This document shows positions 18,921 through 27,948 of a DNA stretch of 64,000 nt, piece by piece. The DNA lies in IMG/VR virus record IMGVR_UViG_3300046535_001869, positions 45,300-109,299 of that record. One strand, written 5' to 3'. Every line of letters starts with the position of its first letter. The stretch's first letter is position 1. The stretch comes from a virus. The notes under the pieces are model-generated. The model was not told the origin of the DNA and ran no database searches. It was given only the letters and a program-made list of their open reading frames with translations. Position numbers and translations under genes: made by a program.

Positions 18921-19210
18921 AGCGTCATCTCGCGGTTCTGGTTGTATAGCTCCTCGGCGAGGTTCCCGAAGGCCAGGGCGCATGCCGCTTCCTCATCGTA
19001 GACGTGCCCCGATGGCATGTCCGCGCGCAGGTCCTCGCGGACCTCGTGGCACTCGGCGCAGGTACAGTACTCGGTCGCGGTATTGTCCCAGATGCCGAAC
19101 GAGTTCAGGTAGACTTCACCGGCCTCGATGGTGCGCCGGCACTCGCAGCATCGGTGGGGCTTGCGTGCCCGGCGAGGCTGCTCCTGGTAGAGGGTTGGGA
19201 TTTCACACAT
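18917..19210 (-). CDS. Cys-rich Zn-finger phage protein
   Basis: RARKPHRCCECRRTI..GE.Y...CTCAEC. Confidence 0.65.
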   Translation of the reverse strand: MCEIPTLYQEQPRRARKPHRCCECRRTIEAGEVYLNSFGIWDNTATEYCTCAECHEVREDLRADMPSGHVYDEEAACALAFGNLAEELYNQNREMTL

Positions 19211-19522
19211 TCAGCGTCTTCCCCTCGGTTGATTGTAACCGTCGATGTAGTTCGACCGATCCTCGAAGCACCCCGGGTGCGGCACGCAGCGGACCTCGGC
19301 GTTCTCGATCGGCGGGTAGCCGTTCGGGTGGAAGGCGTCGCGTTCTGGTTTCCAGCGCCCCTCGCGTGCCACGGCGCACGGGTCGGGCATCCCGCGCAGC
19401 GGGGCCTTGGCGCAGGCACGGACCTCGCTCCCATCGGGCCAAGTGACGATCAGCTCGCGGTCGTCGGCCGAGGCGAGGACGACGAGGGCGGTGGCGAAGA
19501 GGAGGGGGTGGAGGGTGATCAT
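19211..19522 (-). CDS. Hypothetical secreted protein
   Basis: Hydrophobic N-terminus, 4 Cys. Confidence 0.55.
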   Translation of the reverse strand: MITLHPLLFATALVVLASADDRELIVTWPDGSEVRACAKAPLRGMPDPCAVAREGRWKPERDAFHPNGYPPIENAEVRCVPHPGCFEDRSNYIDGYNQPRGRR

Positions 19523-19812
19523 CCTTCAAGCCTCGCGCGCTCGTCCTCGGTCAGCAGATGCCACAGGCGGAAGCGAACGACGCGCCAATCGTTGATCAGT
19601 CGATCGGATTTCGACCGTTCAACCAGCTGGTTCCAGTACCACCGCGCCGACTCCAGACTGTGCTCGGGCGACTTGTCGCGCCGAAGGTACTTCAGGACGT
19701 TCCCAGCGGCGAACGCGGGACCCCAGTCGGTCTTCTCGACTATAGTATCCCAGACCTGGCGGCCCTCGCCGTAGTGGGTCTGGCGGACGGTCTCGTCGAC
19801 GCGGGCGGTCAT
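19519..19812 (-). CDS. DUF3310-like protein
   Basis: HY...FAAGNVLKYLRR...ARWY. Confidence 0.7.
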   Translation of the reverse strand: MTARVDETVRQTHYGEGRQVWDTIVEKTDWGPAFAAGNVLKYLRRDKSPEHSLESARWYWNQLVERSKSDRLINDWRVVRFRLWHLLTEDERARLEG

Positions 19813-20150
19813 CGTTCGGCCTCCAGTTGCGCGATCCGCTCGCGCGCCTTGAAGTGCGAGCGACCTATGACCCCGACGACGTCGAAGCCGGCGCAGCGGA
19901 CTAGGAGCGTCCAGTACGCGAAAACGTCGGACAATTCGTCCTTGAGCAGCTCACGGTCGATCTTGTCGCCGCGCCACTGCTTCTTGATGAAGTTCGCGAC
20001 CTCACCCGCCTCGCCTGCGAGAGCCAGCGCGAGGAATCGCTCGTCCTCGATCGAGCCAGCGACGTTCCCGGACCGCGCGATGAACCGGTGGTGAAGGTCC
20101 CACAGGTCACGATCGACGTCGTTGATCAGGTCCTTACCGTCCGATGGCAT
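19809..20150 (-). CDS. MazG-like nucleotide pyrophosphohydrolase
   Basis: LAGEAGEVANFIKK...DELSDV. Confidence 0.8.
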   Translation of the reverse strand: MPSDGKDLINDVDRDLWDLHHRFIARSGNVAGSIEDERFLALALAGEAGEVANFIKKQWRGDKIDRELLKDELSDVFAYWTLLVRCAGFDVVGVIGRSHFKARERIAQLEAER

Positions 20151-20406
20151 CGGCGTACTCCCAGTTGTATCGCTTCGACTTCTTCGGCGGCCAGCCGTCC
20201 TCCCCGGCGAGCGCGAGCGCGACGACCGGGGACGGCGCGCGGACGCTCAGCGAGTCGTCGATCTCCTCGGGCTCGATCCGATAGACCGGGTCGCCAGGAC
20301 CCCAGAACCAGCGGTGGGCGTCGTAGCCCGCGGCATCGAGCCGGACGCGACGCATGATCCAGCCATCGGGCAGGCGCGCGATTCCGTGGTGGAAGACGCG
20401 GGTCAT
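20134..20406 (-). CDS. Hypothetical protein
   Basis: RRVRLDAAGYD...WG.G.PVY pattern. Confidence 0.55.
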   Translation of the reverse strand: MTRVFHHGIARLPDGWIMRRVRLDAAGYDAHRWFWGPGDPVYRIEPEEIDDSLSVRAPSPVVALALAGEDGWPPKKSKRYNWEYADAIGR

Positions 20407-21227
20407 ACCTTCAGATACCTCGGCGCGAAGCCGCCAGCCTCGGTCCGCTCCAGGTCACCGAACAGCGCGGGCTCAGCTGCGAGCATCAGCTCGGCGATCC
20501 GTGAGAAGACGTGGAAGATCTCCTCCTCGGCCGCCGGCTCGGTCCGGAGCGCGATGACGTGGCGGAGCGCGCGGACGTTCCCGGTCCAGACGCCGCCGGT
20601 CGCGACGCCCAGCGGAACGATCCGGCTCAAGCACGACGTCACTCGCTTCTTGTAGTCGAAGTTCTTGTCGCCCTCGTCCATCTCCCAGATCTTCAGCAGC
20701 TCGGCGTAGTAGTGCTCGACCGTCTCGAACGTCGCGTCGAAGACCGCGCGGCTCGCCGCCTTGCGGTCGGCCAGGTCCGGATCATCGGACGCGCGCTCGG
20801 TCAGCGACGTCGGGATCCAGTACGGGATGTCCCTGTCGAACCTGATGAACCTGAGGGACCCCTCGCTGATCGCCCAGCCGGCGCGGTGGCGGTTCATCTC
20901 GGCGGTGAAGACGCGCGATACGCCCTCGATCGCGAACGTATAGACCGCGTGCTCCAGGACCGAGCCGTGGCCGGACGCCAGGATGTTGTCCAGGTACGCG
21001 ACGAGGTCCGAGCGGACCCGCGTCACGTTCGGATTCAGGCCCGGCTCGAACGACATATAGCAGCGCTTCGCGGCGAGCGCGATCAGCAGCGCCGGATCGG
21101 TCGCGACATCCGGTCCCGGAACTTCGTACCCGTCCGCCCCGACGTGGTCGAGCCAGCGACGGACCTCAGCGCGGTCGACGACCGTTCGGCCAACGTTGAA
21201 GATTTCGATAGAGACGTGCTTAGGCAC
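20403..21227 (-). CDS. thyX: FAD-dependent thymidylate synthase
   Basis: GHGSVLEH, SRVFTAEMNRHR...SLR, NVRALRH, AEEEI; GTG start MPKHV. Confidence 0.9.
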   Translation of the reverse strand: MPKHVSIEIFNVGRTVVDRAEVRRWLDHVGADGYEVPGPDVATDPALLIALAAKRCYMSFEPGLNPNVTRVRSDLVAYLDNILASGHGSVLEHAVYTFAIEGVSRVFTAEMNRHRAGWAISEGSLRFIRFDRDIPYWIPTSLTERASDDPDLADRKAASRAVFDATFETVEHYYAELLKIWEMDEGDKNFDYKKRVTSCLSRIVPLGVATGGVWTGNVRALRHVIALRTEPAAEEEIFHVFSRIAELMLAAEPALFGDLERTEAGGFAPRYLKV

Positions 21228-21413
21228 GTTCCGCCTCGATCCGCCCATCGTGCTGGGTGAAGTAGCGGGTGTGCGGATCAACGGCCCGCAGCGCTGCAAC
21301 GACCTCCTGTCGCGTTAGAGGGGGGAGGCTATTTACCGCCTCCAGGAGGTTCTCCAGGGTCACTCGTCCGGTCGGTCGGCGCACTGGTTCTCTCCCCTCA
21401 GCTCAGAAAGCAG

Positions 21414-21443
21414 ATAATACCATGGTAATGATAGAAAAGTAAA
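21414..21443 (-). promoter_or_regulatory. Phage promoter TTTACT-N18-TATTAT
   Basis: TTTACTTTTC family; heads the thyX-nrdJ operon. Confidence 0.65.
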
Positions 21444-21452
21444 GTGTGGTCT

Positions 21453-21866
21453 TTACCGTTCCACTAACCAAACATTGTGAACCCGGTCTTTGGTATACGG
21501 GTGCGTGGCGCCTGGCGCGCCGTGTGGTGTCCAGGAATCGTAGACTCGACCGTCCTTGATAATCACGACATGCTGCGGGACCGCCAACATGAGGACCCGA
21601 CCTGGGTAGAGTTCGACGCTGCGCTTGGCCCAGGTCGCGACGGTGCCGAGCTTTGCATGTTTGTATGGTCGTACCTTGTAACCAAGTTCGACCAGGGTGG
21701 CGCGGGCCGCTGCCATCGTGCTTGCTGTGACAACACCGGTGAGCGTGTCGTTGCGTGCGTGACGGTTCAGCGCGGGGTGGATTACCGAGGCAAAGTCTGC
21801 CCCGGTAATCGCGACCAGGGCGCTTGGTACGCACCATAGGCCTGGGGGAATTGGGTGGAGGTCCAT
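21453..21866 (-). CDS. Hypothetical protein with possible papain-like Cys-His-Asp motif
   Basis: WCVPSAL...HVVIIKDGRVYDSW. Confidence 0.55.
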   Translation of the reverse strand: MDLHPIPPGLWCVPSALVAITGADFASVIHPALNRHARNDTLTGVVTASTMAAARATLVELGYKVRPYKHAKLGTVATWAKRSVELYPGRVLMLAVPQHVVIIKDGRVYDSWTPHGAPGATHPYTKDRVHNVWLVER

Positions 21867-21867
21867 G

Positions 21868-22860
21868 CTACTTCAACAGCTTGCGTTTGCTCGAGCCGAC
21901 CTGCGAGTCGAGGCCAATGTTATCGCCAGCGCTGCGGCCGGCTTGGTACGATGCGGAGTTCACCTTTTCGTGGTGCTTCGAATCTGCGTGCGTCCAGTTC
22001 TGCGAGCGACCGCGTCCGCCCCCGCTATTGCGACGGTTGCTGCGCTTGCGCCACGAATCGGCGTAGGTCTTGGCCTCCTCGACCCCGTAACCGTATGACT
22101 GATAGAACGCCTCGGTGGCCTCGACCCCGGCTGCAACCAGCGCCTCCTCTTTGGCGCGGCGTTCCATTTCCTTGGCTTGGCCCTGTGCGCGACGGGTCGC
22201 CGTGGTACCAGCGGGAAACCCGTTCAGCGCATCGTTGTTCAGGTCGGCCTCGCTGCCGTACACGTCAGTGAGAACCAGCTCGCGCCCGGTACCGTTGCCG
22301 GTGGGTGCTGCCTTGCGAGAGGCCAACTCGGCCTCGCGACGGCGCTGCACCAGGCGTTCGATGACGCGCGAGGTGGCACCCTCGAGGAAAAACGTAAGTT
22401 CCCGCGTACTGCGGTTATCGATGCCGGCCTCGGTCGACAAGCGACGCATGGTAGAATCGAGATAGTCGTACATCTGCTCGGTGGCCTGGACATTAATGAA
22501 CCGGCCGACCAGCACGTGGCACCTCGAGGTCTTACCGCGGCCACCGGAATAGAGCGGCTTGACGTTTTGGACCTTAATGATCTGATGCAGGCAGAAGTTG
22601 TTGTTGGCCAGCGCGGCCATCAGGTTCCGCTGGTATTCGTACATCGCACGGCGGTCCGTGGTGCGCTTCTCGCGCTTGCCACCAACATCGCTAGCATCAC
22701 CCCCGGCCTGCTCGACCTGGGCCATGGTCAGACCGTTCTCTTGCAGCAGCCGCTGGACGTGCTCGGCCGCCAGTGAGGCCTCGGCCTCGGTGGCGCCGCT
22801 GTTCTGCGACAGCGCAAGCAGCTTGGCGATACGTGCGAGGACTGGGTTCGAATCGGACAT
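21868..22860 (-). CDS. DUF2786-domain protein
   Basis: RIAKLLALS...EAEASLAAEHVQRLLQENGL; C-terminal YQAGRSAGDNIGL. Confidence 0.75.
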   Translation of the reverse strand: MSDSNPVLARIAKLLALSQNSGATEAEASLAAEHVQRLLQENGLTMAQVEQAGGDASDVGGKREKRTTDRRAMYEYQRNLMAALANNNFCLHQIIKVQNVKPLYSGGRGKTSRCHVLVGRFINVQATEQMYDYLDSTMRRLSTEAGIDNRSTRELTFFLEGATSRVIERLVQRRREAELASRKAAPTGNGTGRELVLTDVYGSEADLNNDALNGFPAGTTATRRAQGQAKEMERRAKEEALVAAGVEATEAFYQSYGYGVEEAKTYADSWRKRSNRRNSGGGRGRSQNWTHADSKHHEKVNSASYQAGRSAGDNIGLDSQVGSSKRKLLK

Positions 22861-22901
22861 GGTGTACTCCCGTTTGAAGTTGTGGCGTTTGCGGCGCCTA
22901 G

Positions 22902-23075
22902 TTAGACCGGCTGGACGTCGTCTGAATAGTCATCGTCCATGTATGCCGTATACGGCGTAAAATCGTTTGTCACATCCACGAAGTGATTAATGTACTCTTG
23001 TAGACTTTCGTGTTCCTCTTTCGTAAACTTGCACGCATCGATAACAATTACGTATGCTTCTTTATAATAAGCCAT
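22902..23075 (-). CDS. Small acidic hypothetical protein (57 aa)
   Basis: Manual translation MAYYKEAY...; shares ACTTCAAACGGGAG leader with neighbours. Confidence 0.5.
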   Translation of the reverse strand: MAYYKEAYVIVIDACKFTKEEHESLQEYINHFVDVTNDFTPYTAYMDDDYSDDVQPV

Positions 23076-23129
23076 GTTGGTTCTCCCGTTTGAAGTCGGG
23101 GACGTTTGTAGCGCCCCCGGGACCTCAGA

Positions 23130-23858
23130 TTAGATCCAGTATTTCTTATCGGCGTTCTGGATCTTGTGGCCCTTTTTTACCAGGGCAACGAGCTGGACCC
23201 CAATAGTTACCCGCATCCCACCTTCGGCGGTCGCGCGGTCAGGGAACTGTTCGGCGAGCGCGGCATACAGCTCTGCACGGGTCCGCGGGGTACCGTCGGC
23301 CAGCAGCGCGACCAGGGCGCCAATAATGCCAGGCTTAGTCTTCGGTGCGTTGGCCTGAACGTGCGCCTGCTCGAGGATCTGCTGCGGCGTCCGCATAGTC
23401 TTCGCGACCTTGGCCGCCTTGGGAGCTTTGGGCGTCGGGAGCGTAAAGCCGCCGGTGGCATCGCTCAGGCCATCAGCGGCCTCGTCGATGTGGTCGAGCA
23501 CCTCGTTAACCGCGTCCTCAAACTCCTGGTCCTCCAAGTCCAGGTCGAGGTTTTCCAGCTCCTCGTTGGCCGACCGGATGGTCTCGGCAGCGTTTTCCAG
23601 TGTGTCAATGGCCTCCTGCGCCTCGCCCGCGCGCTCGCCGTTTTGGAGCGATTCCGGCATACCGTCGAGGTATTCCTGCTCCTCATCACGAAGGGTGTCG
23701 ACCTCGTCGGCGATGGTGTCGAAGCTGCCGATTTCGTCATATGCCGTTTTGCGCTCGGTCACTTGCAGGTCGTTGTTAATTAGAGCCTCGACCGCGTCCC
23801 GTACCTTGGCCAGCTCTTGGCCCTGGATTGCGATGTCTTTGCGCCGTTGCTTGTTCAT
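23130..23858 (-). CDS. Acidic coiled-coil protein with C-terminal winged-helix-like domain (paralogue 1)
   Basis: Start MNKQRRK; C-terminus nearly identical to that of 23924-24499. Confidence 0.7.
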   Translation of the reverse strand: MNKQRRKDIAIQGQELAKVRDAVEALINNDLQVTERKTAYDEIGSFDTIADEVDTLRDEEQEYLDGMPESLQNGERAGEAQEAIDTLENAAETIRSANEELENLDLDLEDQEFEDAVNEVLDHIDEAADGLSDATGGFTLPTPKAPKAAKVAKTMRTPQQILEQAHVQANAPKTKPGIIGALVALLADGTPRTRAELYAALAEQFPDRATAEGGMRVTIGVQLVALVKKGHKIQNADKKYWI

Positions 23859-23923
23859 GGTGTCTAAACTCCCGCTTGAAGGTTGGGTGGACCGGGGGCG
23901 TTGTGCGCCCCCGGGACCTCCGG

Positions 23924-24499
23924 TTAGATCCAATAGCGCTTATCGGCGCTCTGGATCCTGTGGCCCTTTTTCACCAGCGCCACGAGCTGGACCCCGATGG
24001 TTACCCGCATGCCACCCGCCTCGCTGGCCCGGTCGGGGAACATCGCAACCAGGGCATCGTAGAGCTCCGCCCGGGTGCGCTTGGTACCGTCGCTGAGCAG
24101 GGCGACCAGCGACCCGATCACGCCACCGGCCTTCGGGGCCTTGGCGGCGACCGTGGCGGCCTTCGGGGCCTTGGCGGCGATCGGGGCCTTCGGGGCCTTC
24201 GGGGCCTTCGGGGCCTTCGGGGCCTTCGGGGCCGCGGCGACCTTGACCTCGGCGACGTGCGCAACTTCGCGCTGCGCGGCCATCTGCAACAGCATGTTAT
24301 CGAGCTCAGTGGCCTCGGCGTGGACACGGCCCTGCTCGGGGCAGTTAATGTCGCCGATGGTCTTGCGGCTGAACGGCCTCAGTACGGTCAGGTCGCAGAC
24401 CACCACGTGACCAAACTCCTCGGTAACGGTCAAGTCAGCGGCCTCGATAACGGCCTTTTGGGCGGCGGTAACGCGGACGGTCGGGTCGATGTGGGCCAT
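23924..24499 (-). CDS. APK-repeat (histone H1-like) protein with winged-helix-like domain (paralogue 2)
   Basis: APKAPKAPKAPKAPK repeat; GVIGSLVALL...FPDRA..GGMRVTIGVQL. Confidence 0.75.
   Translation of the reverse strand: MAHIDPTVRVTAAQKAVIEAADLTVTEEFGHVVVCDLTVLRPFSRKTIGDINCPEQGRVHAEATELDNMLLQMAAQREVAHVAEVKVAAAPKAPKAPKAPKAPKAPIAAKAPKAATVAAKAPKAGGVIGSLVALLSDGTKRTRAELYDALVAMFPDRASEAGGMRVTIGVQLVALVKKGHRIQSADKRYWI
24181..24233. repeat. 9-bp tandem repeat (TCGGGGCCT)n encoding APK
   Basis: About 6 consecutive copies, with 2 more nearby. Confidence 0.9.
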
Positions 24500-24529
24500 A
24501 AACCAAACTCCCTAAAACCGTGCCCCAAC

Positions 24530-24700
24530 GGCACCGGTGATCACCATAGTGACCGATCCCGTGATCATGGTCAAGCTAAAAATCGCACCGACCGTGATTT
24601 TTTATTTACCAATAAAATCAAGCACTTAGGTGATCCCGTCGCCCCGGACGGTCCAAAATTTCTTGACCTTGGCGCTACCTTGCCTCAGTATCACGTTACC
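24530..24700. promoter_or_regulatory. Divergent promoter region with IHF-consensus site
   Basis: TTGACC-N17-CACTAT (minus), TTGACC at ~24663 (plus), AATCAAGCACTTA at ~24616-24628 matching WATCAANNNNTTR. Confidence 0.5.
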
Positions 24701-24745
24701 CACCGAGCACCCGCGGTGGGGCACCGGCAAGGGGGTTTAGGTCAA

Positions 24746-25012
24746 ATGCAGTACATCTACATCGTTCGTTGGTCCTACGCCGAGCACTGTGCGGCATTTG
24801 CCACCCTCGAGGCGGCCCAGCAGTGTGCGTGCGATGGCGACCATGCACTTACATGGTCAAACTTTGATACCGACATGCGGGACGTCGAAATGTGGGAGTC
24901 CAGTTCGTACACCCTACACGGCGACCTCGTTGGCACGTACAGCGGCAAAGGTCACGTTACCATTACCAAGTACCCTCTCGGATTCACCCCAATGGAATTG
25001 GCGGGATTTTGA
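24746..25012 (+). CDS. Hypothetical protein (start MQYIYIV)
   Basis: GGGGG RBS; plus-strand island. Confidence 0.6.
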   Translation: MQYIYIVRWSYAEHCAAFATLEAAQQCACDGDHALTWSNFDTDMRDVEMWESSSYTLHGDLVGTYSGKGHVTITKYPLGFTPMELAGF

Positions 25013-25015
25013 AAC

Positions 25016-25192
25016 ATGCACCTACATCTGTGGGACGAATCTTTAGCAGATCAGCCAGAGGCCTATGTAACTACCATGGTCGAATGCGATCTTAGACCTA
25101 ACGAAATTTATGTGGGCGACCATATCCAGTGGATTGGTGAGATCGTAATTAATGGTAAAACATACCACGTTGAGCTGCGACAACACGTCTAA
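25016..25192 (+). CDS. Small hypothetical protein (58 aa)
   Basis: Manual translation MHLHLWDESL...; converges on the polymerase stop. Confidence 0.5.
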   Translation: MHLHLWDESLADQPEAYVTTMVECDLRPNEIYVGDHIQWIGEIVINGKTYHVELRQHV

Positions 25193-27243
25193 ACCGTCTC
25201 ACCCCAGTTCGCCCCGCGTTCCCAGTCGACCTTCATTGGGACGGTAAGCTTTACTGTGGTCTCCATAATGTGCCGGGCCTCGACCGCCGCTTTATCCGCG
25301 GCGGCCGACCTGGGCACGGAGTAGTCAAGTTCATCATGGATTGTTAGGAGCGGTGCTCCCAGCACGCTACAAACACCGCTTTTCCAGATATCTAGCATCG
25401 CCTTCTTTAGGATATCAGCGGCCGATCCCTGTAGAATCCGGTTTAGCCCAGCGTGGCAGAACGCACGGCGAATATTGTTCCCATAGGTCTCGGTCGCCCG
25501 TTCTTTGAGCATCATACGCGATTTGCGGTCGGCTTTGCTCTCGCCGCGTTGTTGTCGCAGGTTGGGTTCCCAGAGTGTGAATCGCTGGCGGCGACCCAAG
25601 AGAGTCCTTACGTGACCCCGGTCCTCGGCTGTCTGCATGGCGATAATACCGAGCTGGCGCACGAACGGTAGCTTCGCGTCGTATTTTCGGGAGAATGACC
25701 GGGCTTCCTCAAGCGAAATCCCAGCGGTTGCCGCAATTTTGTCATCCCCTCCCATGTAGACTCGACAAAAATTAACATTCTTGACCCGTTTGCGGAGAAA
25801 CTTGTCGTGAGGATCTATACCAATCATTTCAGCCGTCATATTATGAAAATCAGTTGACGGATCATCAATGTAGGCCTGTCGTGCGTCCTCCGCCCCTGCA
25901 AGAATGTTCTGGGTACCGGGATATTTGGTTAAGGATGCAAAATGAGTTAAAACTCTATATTCGATCTGCGACTCGTCATGTCTTTCAAAGATCTCGCCAA
26001 CTTCCGGTTCGAAGATTGATCGTGTTAGCGGACCCAATTCTTCATCCCGCGCTGGCTGGTTCTGGAGGTTGGGGCGACTGGAGGCGAAACGGGCCATCGT
26101 CCCACCCGACTCACCCTTTAGTTGCGGGAACTCGGCATAGATTCGGCCCCTAACATTGTGCTTCAAGATGTTTCCGGTGTAGGTATTGATAATCTTGTCG
26201 ACCCGACGACCGGCCTGGATCGCATCGACCAACGCATCTTTACCTTGGAATAAAGCAAGCCAGGGCTTAGTGACGGAGAGCTTGCCCTTCTTGGAGGTCC
26301 TGGGAACCTGAAGACCACGGTCCAGTAGCGCCTGGGCAAAGCTGTCCGGGGCCATAAGTTCCGCGGCCTTGTTATTGGAGAGGCGGCGGACCTCGCCCAG
26401 CCAGCGGTCGCGCTGTTTGATCATCTCCTGGTTAACGGTCTCAGCGCGCTCGACATTAACTGGGACACCACGAAGCCGCATTGCCAACATTAATGGCAGT
26501 AGGCCACGCTCGAGATCGTAGACCTCCCGTAAACCTTCCGCATCGATGATTGCTAGTTGTTTCTCTAGAATCCGTAAGGGCAAGTCAACGTCACCCTCAC
26601 CATATTCACCAACAAATCGTGCTGGTGCCCGCCAGAGGTTGCCCTTAATTTGCTTCTCTGTTGTCCACCCGTTCGCCGCACCCCAGGAGTAGAGCATCTC
26701 GTGGCGCTTGCTTTCGCCGAGATGATACTCAGCGACATCATCCATCGAATAACCGTGCGGGCGCCATTCATCAACTAATGGTTCGGCTAACAGGATATCG
26801 TGAAATCCTTTGGCATTGCGGAATGTGACGTCCCACTCCGGCATCGCCATGAACTCGAGGTCGTAGAGCAGATGGGCGCCGACGACTTCCCCGTCGAAGG
26901 CGTTTAGTTCGTCGTACGCCCAGGCATGCACTGCACCAGCATCCATATTCCCACCGCCCTCGTGGCGGACAGGGAAATACCAGCGCTGTCCATCATCGGT
27001 TCCAACCGCCAGGCCGACCACGTAGGAGCCGCGGCGTGTGCCAGGCCCTAGAGACAGGAGGTCGTCGTCCCGTGTCTCCACGTCAAACGATATACGCTTA
27101 ATACCGCGGTTGCGTAGCGTGGGGAGCCCTGTCGGGGCTGTCCAGCTGCATTCCGGTAGGGCGCGCGGGCCGTATGTTACTGGGACCCGTTGTTTTGGCT
27201 GGACCTGCCAAAACATACCGACGTCGTCATCGAAGGCAGACAT
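25189..27243 (-). CDS. Family A DNA polymerase with 3'-5' exonuclease
   Basis: FDVET exo I; RFASSRPNLQNQP; DESQIEYR (motif A); RKRVKNVNF..VY (motif B); TIHDEL (motif C). Confidence 0.92.
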   Translation of the reverse strand: MSAFDDDVGMFWQVQPKQRVPVTYGPRALPECSWTAPTGLPTLRNRGIKRISFDVETRDDDLLSLGPGTRRGSYVVGLAVGTDDGQRWYFPVRHEGGGNMDAGAVHAWAYDELNAFDGEVVGAHLLYDLEFMAMPEWDVTFRNAKGFHDILLAEPLVDEWRPHGYSMDDVAEYHLGESKRHEMLYSWGAANGWTTEKQIKGNLWRAPARFVGEYGEGDVDLPLRILEKQLAIIDAEGLREVYDLERGLLPLMLAMRLRGVPVNVERAETVNQEMIKQRDRWLGEVRRLSNNKAAELMAPDSFAQALLDRGLQVPRTSKKGKLSVTKPWLALFQGKDALVDAIQAGRRVDKIINTYTGNILKHNVRGRIYAEFPQLKGESGGTMARFASSRPNLQNQPARDEELGPLTRSIFEPEVGEIFERHDESQIEYRVLTHFASLTKYPGTQNILAGAEDARQAYIDDPSTDFHNMTAEMIGIDPHDKFLRKRVKNVNFCRVYMGGDDKIAATAGISLEEARSFSRKYDAKLPFVRQLGIIAMQTAEDRGHVRTLLGRRQRFTLWEPNLRQQRGESKADRKSRMMLKERATETYGNNIRRAFCHAGLNRILQGSAADILKKAMLDIWKSGVCSVLGAPLLTIHDELDYSVPRSAAADKAAVEARHIMETTVKLTVPMKVDWERGANWGETV

Positions 27244-27948
27244 TTATGGTACGCCCCAAATTTTGTGCATTTGCATTCCGGCAATATAACCGTGTCTCAT
27301 TGCCATGCGCACCACTTCTCGTTCGTTCGCCTTAGTCAGAACGGTATCCAACTCATCGCACGGGCTGAGGTAGACCGGTGCACCTGGGCGTGGACGGGCG
27401 ATAGTTGACCGTTGGCCTTGGCGCTGGGTCGACATGACAGGTAATCCGTCGTTCTCGGCGTTTTGACCCTGACGGATGATGTATTTGAATGCCGCTGCAT
27501 GTAGATATATCTTTGAATTGATTTTTGGCGTCTTTGGTGAGACAACGATGGAGACATCATCGTGTAATAAGATATCTTGCCAGATGGTTCCGGCTGTTTC
27601 AAATTGAATACGGGTGCGGCCGTTGCCAAGCTTGAATAGTGCGGGGACCAGGAGGCTCATATCTTGGCGCAGCGGTTCGCCGCCGGTGATGACGTAGAGA
27701 CGACAGGTGTCAGTTTGGACTTGTCGTACTTTATTGATAATTTCATCGACGGACAGGTAAGGGTCGGTCTCGTCTCCCCACTCAGTATCGCAGAAGGCGC
27801 ACTTCAGATTGCATCCAGTTAAACGTATGAATACCGCGGGCCAACCAGCGTAAATTGATTCTCCTTGCAGTGTCATAAAAATTTCCCGCACCTGGAGCTT
27901 ACTGTCGTCTCGATATTCTCTATGACGTATCGGGTTCTGTCCGAGCAC
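27244..27948 (-). CDS. queE: 7-carboxy-7-deazaguanine synthase
   Basis: EIFMTLQGE, FIRLTGCNLKCAFCDT, ITGGEP, VSPK, QMHK. Confidence 0.92.
   Translation of the reverse strand: MLGQNPIRHREYRDDSKLQVREIFMTLQGESIYAGWPAVFIRLTGCNLKCAFCDTEWGDETDPYLSVDEIINKVRQVQTDTCRLYVITGGEPLRQDMSLLVPALFKLGNGRTRIQFETAGTIWQDILLHDDVSIVVSPKTPKINSKIYLHAAAFKYIIRQGQNAENDGLPVMSTQRQGQRSTIARPRPGAPVYLSPCDELDTVLTKANEREVVRMAMRHGYIAGMQMHKIWGVP

Noticed and set aside
21221-21410. Structured ncRNA upstream of thyX
   Set aside because: Explained by a 54-aa ORF (GTG CGC CGA...) with an RBS, overlapping the thyX start
23828-24745. N-terminal part of the 394-aa plus-strand ORF with GLR repeats
   Set aside because: Antisense shadow of the APK-repeat gene; the real plus-strand gene starts at 24746 with its own RBS
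14156-27243. Inteins or introns in nrdJ or the DNA polymerase
   Set aside because: Both frames are continuous, of normal size, and show no intein termini
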